Shown piece by piece: positions 57,704 through 64,000 of a stretch of 64,000 nucleotides of DNA (position 1 is its first letter; every line of letters begins with the position of its first letter). Below the pieces are notes generated by a model. The model was not told where the DNA came from and made no database searches. It saw nothing but the letters and a program-made list of their open reading frames with translations. The stretch comes from Myxococcales bacterium (GTDB taxonomy: Bacteria > Myxococcota_A > Polyangia > Polyangiales > DASUME01). Both the position numbers and the translations under genes were made by a program. The DNA lies in NCBI GenBank assembly GCA_047601445.1, contig JASGJH010000001.1:3840001-3904000 (forward strand), written 5' to 3'.

Positions 57704-60004
57704 ATGCTTTCGAACGATGACTTTGCCCGGGTGTTCCGAGCGCAGGTCGAGGTGCGGCTTGTGGTCGACTCCCACGGACGGGTGCTCGCGGTTAGCGATG
57801 GCTACCTCCTGGCACACGGTGTCCGACCGGACGACGTCATCGGACACGATGTCTCGAGCTGCCCTCCCCTGGCCTCGAACCCCGCGGCAGCCGAGCAAGT
57901 ACGCGGCTTGTTGGACGCGGCGAGGAGAGCGGATCTTCCGCAAACCGTGAGCCTCTCAGCGCCGACTTCGGGCCCGACCGAAGAGGTGCGCACGGTGGAA
58001 GCAATCCCCGTGCACGACGAGCACGGCAAGCACTGTCATCAGGTCGTCACCTATCGGCGGCAGCCCCCGTCTTCCTCGGATGCCTCGGATCGCGAGCGCA
58101 GGCTCAGCAAGCTCATCGAACACAGCTACGACGCGCTCGCGCTCTTCGACGAGAAAGGCAACACGCTCTACTCGAGCCCATCTTTCCGCAGAAATCTCGG
58201 ATTCTCTGCGGACACGCCGCCAGACGCCAGCGCCATCTCGTACCTCCACGAAGACGACATCGCAGACTTCGGCGCGAAAGTGCGCGACCTGCATGGGCGT
58301 CCCGGCGGGGAGTTCATCACGCGGATCCGTGTGCGCAATCCGACGGGCGGACACCGAGTGCTCGAGGTGCGCAATCGCAATCTGCTCGACGACAGCGACG
58401 TCGCGGCGGTCGTGTCGCACTCCCGGGACGTCACCGAAGACGTGCAGCTCCAGGAGCAATTGAAGTGGGCCAATGAACGCATCTCGTTGGCCCTCGCCTC
58501 GGCGCGCGCGTTGAGCTGGGAGGTCGACCTCGCGTCGGGCAAGGGCTTTTACTCCGAGGATTTCTGCCAGTACTTCGGGCTCTCTCCCGAAGCGTTCGCG
58601 CAGGAGGGGCCCGTGGCGGCGATCCATCCGAGCTCGCGCGCCGACGTCATTCGCATGGGCCAGCTCAATCGCACGGTGGGAGGAGATTTGCGGGTGGAGT
58701 TCCGTGGCTGCGACCGCGACGGCGAGCCCCACTGGTACGCCTCCTTCGGTCGCGCGCAGCAGGACGCGCAAGGCAAATACTCCCGGCTGTTGGGCATCAC
58801 TTGGGACATCACCGAGCAGCGCCGGCTCCTGGAGGAGCGCGCGGCGCTCGACCAACGGGTGCGCGAGAGTCAGAAGCTCGAGTCCCTAGGCGTGTTGGCA
58901 GGTGGCATCGCGCACGACTTCAACAATCTTCTCACGGCCATCCTCGGGCATGCCGGGCTGGCGCGCGGACATTCGCCGGCTTCGCAACAGCACCATCTCT
59001 TACAGATCGAGGAGGCCGCTCAGCGCGCCTCGGACCTCTGCCGCCAGATGCTCGCCTATGCGGGCAAGGGCAAGTTCGTATTGGGCGCGACCGACATCAA
59101 TCGCCTGATCGAAGACACGATGCAGCTGCTCAAGGTCTCCATCAGCAAGAAGGTCCAGCTCTCCGTGGCGCTCGATCGGGGACTGCCGAAGATCATCGGC
59201 GACGCTACCCAGCTCAGGCAGGTTCTGATGAACCTGGTCATCAACGCGTCGGAGGCCATTTCGGAAAGCATCGGCGTGATCAGCGTGCGCACCGGGGTCA
59301 TGGATGTGGACTCCGAGGATCTCGAGGGCTTTTCCCCGGCGCGCATCGAGCCCGGCCGTTACGCCTTCCTGGACGTGGCCGACACGGGCTCCGGCATGTC
59401 TGAGGAGACCCGCGCGCGCATCTTCGAGCCGTTCTTCTCCACCAAGTTCACCGGCCGCGGGCTCGGCTTGTCCGCCGTGCTTGGCATCGTCCGAGGCCAC
59501 CATGGCGCGCTGCGCGTGCAGAGCGCACTGGGCCGAGGCACCTGCTTCACCATGCTGTTGCCGCTGCGAGCCGAGACCGGTGAAGAAACCGTGCCGAGCA
59601 CCCCAGCGACGTCACCGAATGCCTTCTCCGGCACGGTGCTCCTGGCCGACGACGAGGAAGCAGTACGCGTCGTCACCAAAGAGATGCTCGAGGAGATGAA
59701 GTTCAGCGTGGTGATGGTGCGAGATGGCCACGAGGCCATCCGGGCCTATCGCGACCATCGCTCGAGCCTACGGCTCATCGTCATGGACCTGACCATGCCC
59801 CGGCTCGACGGCCACGAGGCCCTGCTCGAGATGCAGATGCTGGGAGAACTGCCGGAGGTCATCTTGATGAGTGGCCACTCGGAGCAGGACGTGATGGCTC
59901 GCTTCGCGTCGGTACCTGGCGTGCATTTCCTGCAGAAGCCGTTCTCTCCGGAACAGCTCCAGGGCGAGATTTTCAAAGCGCTTAGTCGACGCATCAAGGC
60001 CTGA
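57704..60004 (+). CDS. PAS-domain hybrid histidine kinase with C-terminal receiver
   Basis: Three PAS-like domains, AHDFNNLL, FSTKFTGRGLGL, REC DLTMP. Confidence 0.93.
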   Translation: MLSNDDFARVFRAQVEVRLVVDSHGRVLAVSDGYLLAHGVRPDDVIGHDVSSCPPLASNPAAAEQVRGLLDAARRADLPQTVSLSAPTSGPTEEVRTVEAIPVHDEHGKHCHQVVTYRRQPPSSSDASDRERRLSKLIEHSYDALALFDEKGNTLYSSPSFRRNLGFSADTPPDASAISYLHEDDIADFGAKVRDLHGRPGGEFITRIRVRNPTGGHRVLEVRNRNLLDDSDVAAVVSHSRDVTEDVQLQEQLKWANERISLALASARALSWEVDLASGKGFYSEDFCQYFGLSPEAFAQEGPVAAIHPSSRADVIRMGQLNRTVGGDLRVEFRGCDRDGEPHWYASFGRAQQDAQGKYSRLLGITWDITEQRRLLEERAALDQRVRESQKLESLGVLAGGIAHDFNNLLTAILGHAGLARGHSPASQQHHLLQIEEAAQRASDLCRQMLAYAGKGKFVLGATDINRLIEDTMQLLKVSISKKVQLSVALDRGLPKIIGDATQLRQVLMNLVINASEAISESIGVISVRTGVMDVDSEDLEGFSPARIEPGRYAFLDVADTGSGMSEETRARIFEPFFSTKFTGRGLGLSAVLGIVRGHHGALRVQSALGRGTCFTMLLPLRAETGEETVPSTPATSPNAFSGTVLLADDEEAVRVVTKEMLEEMKFSVVMVRDGHEAIRAYRDHRSSLRLIVMDLTMPRLDGHEALLEMQMLGELPEVILMSGHSEQDVMARFASVPGVHFLQKPFSPEQLQGEIFKALSRRIKA

Positions 60005-60043
60005 TTCGCGGCGTCTCCGCCCAAGCGACGCGTCGACGGTCGT

Positions 60044-60526
60044 TCAGCCGATGAAGGTGATGGTCCATTCGCGCTCGTCGCCCTTGACCGTCACTTCGAC
60101 GGTGTCACCCACCTGGCGTCCCATGATCGCCTTGCCGAGCGGCGATGCGGGTGTGACCACGGTAACGAAGCCGTCGCCGTCGGGCATGGTGAGCTCGATG
60201 CCAGCGCCGACAGGCGCCAAGAACACGGTGCGTCCGAGGTCACCGTCCTCGATCTCGACCACGTCACCGGTGGTGATGCGCGAGCCCGTCTTGCGTGGGC
60301 GAAAGGCCTCGATCACGGCCAGGTCATCGAGCGCTGCATTGGCGCGTCGGCCCTGGGCCTTGGCCAGGTTCGAGAACTCGAGGGCTACCCGCGCGTCGTC
60401 GCGCTTCTCGCTGGGAGTCGCGCCGTCGCGAGCCTCCAGGGCGGCCGCTTCCTGCTCGCGCATGGCAACCTGCACCGACTCGCGAATTCGGTTGGCGAGC
60501 TGGTCGATCATGAACTGCTTGTCCAT
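60044..60526 (-). CDS. GreA/GreB family protein
   Basis: N-terminal coiled coil; VTPASPLGKAIMG..GD. Confidence 0.85.
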   Translation of the reverse strand: MDKQFMIDQLANRIRESVQVAMREQEAAALEARDGATPSEKRDDARVALEFSNLAKAQGRRANAALDDLAVIEAFRPRKTGSRITTGDVVEIEDGDLGRTVFLAPVGAGIELTMPDGDGFVTVVTPASPLGKAIMGRQVGDTVEVTVKGDEREWTITFIG

Positions 60527-60701
60527 GCCCGCCACGGTAGAGCGGAGGCACACGAACGGGCAACTAAGCCACAAATTTGTCGGTCTTTGGTGCTGCCACG
60601 GCACTCGGGTCACGCAGCCCTGGGGGGGCCTCTTGCCTGGGCCGGCAAGCTGGTCCACAACGCGACGGTTGCAGCGAGCATCGAACAGTGGGCGAGCGAA
60701 G

Positions 60702-61361
60702 ATGGGTGCGGCCCGTCACGGCCAGGCATCGCACCGGCCCACGAGGAGCGGCACGCGGTACCTCCTCGTGGCGGTCGCGCAGGTGCTGCTGGGGCTCGCC
60801 TGTACGGAACCTCACTTCACGAACGAAGACGGGGGAACCGACGCGGCCGGCGGCGATGGGTCGCACGCCCCCATGGAGCAGGAAGCCGGGCCCGCAGACG
60901 TCGCGGGTGATGGCGATGGCGATGGCGACGCGCCTGGGGATGCATCTCAAGTGACGGAGCGCACCGACGGGGGAATAGCGGCGACGCCCAGCCTGTGCGG
61001 CACGCCCGCCGCGGCTAGCTCACTTGGCCAGGACTGCGCGGGAGTCGTGGAGTGCGGCAACGCTCACGAGTGCGACGTCACGAAGGACCATTGCTGCCTG
61101 GTGTTCGGTGGCTTCGGTGATGCTTGCGGCTCGAGTCCATGCGAGAACAACTGGCCGGTGCTGTGCGACGGTCCCGAGGATTGTCAGCAGGGCCAATCCT
61201 GTTGTTTCCAGGGCGGCCCCACTTCGTGTCAGAGCGTGTGCGACGCGGACAAGGTGCTGTGCCATCAGGACAGCGCGTGCCCCAGCGGCAAGTGCGTGAA
61301 GGGTCGCCCCGACCTGCAGTTCGGGGTGCTATGGGCCTACTGGGGCTTCTGCGCGCCATAA
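60702..61361 (+). CDS. Cys-rich lipoprotein
   Basis: Lipobox GLAC, acidic linker, CDGPEDC..CC module. Confidence 0.75.
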   Translation: MGAARHGQASHRPTRSGTRYLLVAVAQVLLGLACTEPHFTNEDGGTDAAGGDGSHAPMEQEAGPADVAGDGDGDGDAPGDASQVTERTDGGIAATPSLCGTPAAASSLGQDCAGVVECGNAHECDVTKDHCCLVFGGFGDACGSSPCENNWPVLCDGPEDCQQGQSCCFQGGPTSCQSVCDADKVLCHQDSACPSGKCVKGRPDLQFGVLWAYWGFCAP

Positions 61362-61389
61362 ACAGGACGCTGACTTGGTCCGCGTCCTG

Positions 61390-62187
61390 CTAGTCGACCA
61401 ACGAGCCGCAGGTGAGGTTCATGATGGCGCCCGTCAGTGCGCCCGCGTGATCGGAGGCGGCGAACAAGGCTGCGTGAGCGACCTCGTCGAGCGTTGGGAA
61501 GCGGCCGAGCAGCGTCCCCGCGCTGGCGCGTGCTGCCAACATCGCCTCGGGCGTCAAGCCATGCGGCTCGGCGGCGCGGCGAAACACCTCCCTGGCGTAG
61601 GAGCTCGCGAGCGCCTCGGGGATGGCGTCCGGACGCAGGCACACTGCACGGATCCCACTCGGCCCAAGCTCACCGGCAAGGATGCGCGTAAACGCTTCGA
61701 TGCCCGCGCAGGTCACGCCGTAGCCCAGAAAGCCGCTGCCACTCATGCGCGAACCGGGCGTGGAGAGCGTGAGGATCACGCCCGAATGCTGCCTCGCCAT
61801 GACCTTGGCCACGGCTCGGGCGGTGATGAAATTGCTGCGCATGAACGTCGTGACGGGTTCGGCGAAGTCCTCGTAGGAGAGGCTCAAGAAGCTCGGCCCC
61901 TGCAGGTGCATGAAGCCCGTCGCGTTCAAGGTCACGTCGATACGACCGCCCTGCTCGACCACGGCGTCCACGTGGGCCTGCACGGCGCGCTCGTCCAGCG
62001 CGTCGACTTGGGAGAAGCTGACGCACCCACCGGCCTCGCGGATGCCGTGCGCCGTCGCCTCCAGCTTGGAGAGCGTGCGACCCGCCAGGTGCACTTGGGC
62101 TCCCTCCCGAGCGAACACGCGGGCCACGGCACTCCCGATGGCGCCGCCCGCGCCGTAGATCACCGCGTGCTTGTTTTTTAGCCACAT
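61390..62187 (-). CDS. SDR family oxidoreductase (atypical active site)
   Basis: YGAGGAIG Rossmann motif; YGVTC in place of YxxxK; RBS GAAGGAG. Confidence 0.9.
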   Translation of the reverse strand: MWLKNKHAVIYGAGGAIGSAVARVFAREGAQVHLAGRTLSKLEATAHGIREAGGCVSFSQVDALDERAVQAHVDAVVEQGGRIDVTLNATGFMHLQGPSFLSLSYEDFAEPVTTFMRSNFITARAVAKVMARQHSGVILTLSTPGSRMSGSGFLGYGVTCAGIEAFTRILAGELGPSGIRAVCLRPDAIPEALASSYAREVFRRAAEPHGLTPEAMLAARASAGTLLGRFPTLDEVAHAALFAASDHAGALTGAIMNLTCGSLVD

Positions 62188-62214
62188 GGCTCCTTCTTTC
62201 TGATGGAGGGTAGG

Positions 62215-62305
62215 GACGAGCACGAGCACGACTACGTTGAGGTTGACGTAAGGTTGACGTTGACGTTGTCCTAACGCTGTCCTTGACGGCGACGGCGACG
62301 TGAAC
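62215..62305. repeat. Degenerate intergenic hexamer repeats
   Basis: CACGAG, GTTGAC and GACGGC hexamer runs like those at 37398-37612. Confidence 0.7.
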
Positions 62306-62338
62306 CTAGCCGTCCCACGTCCGCGACGTCCGCCCCGC

Positions 62339-62773
62339 TCACGCATTCCCCCGCAGCAACATCCCCACCAACTGATCAAGTCCCCTTGTCCACCCCTCCC
62401 GATGCTCATGAACAGTGGCCTCGCTCGGCAGCGCACACTGGACGAGGGTGAGCTCCGACTCCTGGTCTGAAAGCGCGCGGATCTCCACGCTCACCAGACT
62501 GGCCTGCCCCTGTGTGGCTTCGGAGATCCAGCTGAACTCGATGCGCCTGGGCGGCTCCAGCAGCAGATACTGGCCGTGGTGGGGATACGCCTTGCCGTCC
62601 GCAAACATCTCGATCCTGAAGGTTCCACCGACGCGCACGTCTAGGCGCGCCTCGGTGCGACAGCCCGGCATGGGCAACATCCACTGCACGAGTAGCTCGG
62701 GAGAAGTGAAGGCCTCGTAGAGCTCCTCGGCGGACGCGGAGAACCTGCGGACGATGCGGAGCTCGTGACTCAT
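62339..62773 (-). CDS. SRPBCC/AHSA1 domain protein
   Basis: AFTSPELLVQW, DVRVGG, PPRRIEFSW, HREGW. Confidence 0.9.
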   Translation of the reverse strand: MSHELRIVRRFSASAEELYEAFTSPELLVQWMLPMPGCRTEARLDVRVGGTFRIEMFADGKAYPHHGQYLLLEPPRRIEFSWISEATQGQASLVSVEIRALSDQESELTLVQCALPSEATVHEHREGWTRGLDQLVGMLLRGNA

Positions 62774-63108
62774 CGTCGCTTGCCCTTGCGCTTGGCCAGC
62801 AGCACCTCGAGTGCATCCAAGCGTCCTTCCCAAAAGCCGCGATAGAACTCGAGCCACGTCACCGCGTCCGAGAGCGGCTCCGCCCGTAGCGAGATGTGGT
62901 GCGTGCGACCTTCCACGCGGCGCCGAATCAGCTGCGCGCCCTCGAGCACCTTGAGGTGCTTGGACACGGCGTTGAGCGACATCTCGTAGGGGTCGGCCAG
63001 GTCGCCCACCGAGAGCTCCCCCAACGACAAACGACGCAGGATGTCCCGGCGCGTGGGGTCGGCGAGCGCGGTGAACGTGGCATCGAGTCGCACGACTTGT
63101 TCAACCAT
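62770..63108 (-). CDS. ArsR/SmtB family transcriptional regulator
   Basis: FTALADPTRRDIL..AVSKHLKVLE. Confidence 0.93.
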   Translation of the reverse strand: MVEQVVRLDATFTALADPTRRDILRRLSLGELSVGDLADPYEMSLNAVSKHLKVLEGAQLIRRRVEGRTHHISLRAEPLSDAVTWLEFYRGFWEGRLDALEVLLAKRKGKRR

Positions 63109-63117
63109 TTGGTTGAA
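63100..63117. promoter_or_regulatory. ArsR autoregulatory operator
   Basis: Palindrome TTCAACCA-tt-TGGTTGAA overlapping the start codon. Confidence 0.75.
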
Positions 63118-63170
63118 TATATGGCACCCCGGTCTGGCCGGCAAGGGCTTCGAGGAACGCCGCGGCCCTC

Positions 63171-64000
63171 CTACTTGCCGCTCGCCAGCTGCTGGACCGC
63201 TGGGCAAGCCTTGTGTGCCACGGGCCGGTAACCGAGCTGCATCGCCAGACCGCAGCCGAGATACTGCACGGCGTAGTTCTTCGGATAGCGCGCGCAGAGC
63301 GGCTCCATGAGCTTGAGCGCTCCGAAGCTATCGCCGGCCGCGGTGAGCTTGGCGGCCTCTTTGTAGACGTCGCGATCCGCCGGCTCCACGTCGCGCAACA
63401 CCTCGGCCTCGTCGCCCTGCACGAGGAACGCGTGCTGGGGCGGTGCCTCGGGCGCAGGCGTCGTAAGCGCGGGCGCCGAAGAGCCAGAGCTGGCGAGCGC
63501 GCTTGCCGGGACGGCTTCGGGAGGAGCCGGCTTGATCATGGCGAGCAACTCATCGCGAGCCGCGGGGGCAAAGCCCGCCGACGCACTGCCCTCCAGGTAC
63601 GCCAAGAGCTCCTCGTGCTTGCCCGCGTATTGGAAGCGATCGCGCAAGCTAGCTGCCACGAGACCGTGGTTGGCCTCGTCGAAGCTCTGCATGTGCTCGT
63701 CGTAGGCCGGGTTCAACAAGGACTCTTTGCTGTCCACGTGCATCGCTCCCAACGTGTGGCCCCACTCGTGGAGGAACACGCAGAGCCGCTTGTGCGTCTT
63801 TCGATGCTGATAGATCTCGTCGCGCCGCGCCGACGTGAACGACGCGAAGGCACGATCGATGGCTGCGCGCTCCGCCAGGTCCGACACATCCCGCAGCACG
63901 AAATGATGACTCATGACGCGCGCCATGCCGAGGAGGTCGAAGGACGAGGTAAAGCTGGGCAACGCGCCCATCATACCGACGACCCAGTCACCATCCTCGC
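63171..64000 (-). CDS. Matrixin/metzincin-type zinc metalloprotease (5' truncated by the window)
   Basis: HEWGHTLGAMH (HExxHxxGxxH); C-terminal TPR-like helices. Confidence 0.85.
   Translation of the reverse strand, partial: EDGDWVVGMMGALPSFTSSFDLLGMARVMSHHFVLRDVSDLAERAAIDRAFASFTSARRDEIYQHRKTHKRLCVFLHEWGHTLGAMHVDSKESLLNPAYDEHMQSFDEANHGLVAASLRDRFQYAGKHEELLAYLEGSASAGFAPAARDELLAMIKPAPPEAVPASALASSGSSAPALTTPAPEAPPQHAFLVQGDEAEVLRDVEPADRDVYKEAAKLTAAGDSFGALKLMEPLCARYPKNYAVQYLGCGLAMQLGYRPVAHKACPAVQQLASGK

Overview
High-GC window that looks like Myxococcota (Polyangia-like). This placement is inferred from the many Cys-rich lipoproteins, a GRRP ferritin-like lipoprotein, a TonB_C-fused TonB-dependent receptor, sigma54 activators, a Ser/Thr kinase and hexamer intergenic repeats. 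I can support about 50 protein-coding genes and no rRNA, tRNA, CRISPR array or transposase. Recognisable genes include glnD, an osmoprotectant ABC transporter, patatin and PLD-family genes, a CoA-transferase/HTH-citrate-synthase pair and several kinases. Most notable: (1) a translationally coupled cytoplasmic S8 peptidase + ComEC/Avs1a-like MBL hydrolase, a candidate protease-activated nuclease defence module; (2) a duplicated alpha-oxoamine synthase + beta-propeller lipoprotein cassette that brackets this module and a V4R-like double-kinase sensor; (3) a di-heme cytochrome c peroxidase-DAHL kinase-sigma54 activator operon next to a DUF3455 gene with a sigma54 promoter; (4) a four-copy inverted/tandem ~60 bp repeat element; (5) a membrane-anchored protein that may form one giant charge-complementary beta-hairpin. 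Five reading-frame breaks can all be repaired by removing one extra A after GA on the + strand, so they are probably sequencing artefacts. All family calls come from motif recognition by eye; no database searches were run.
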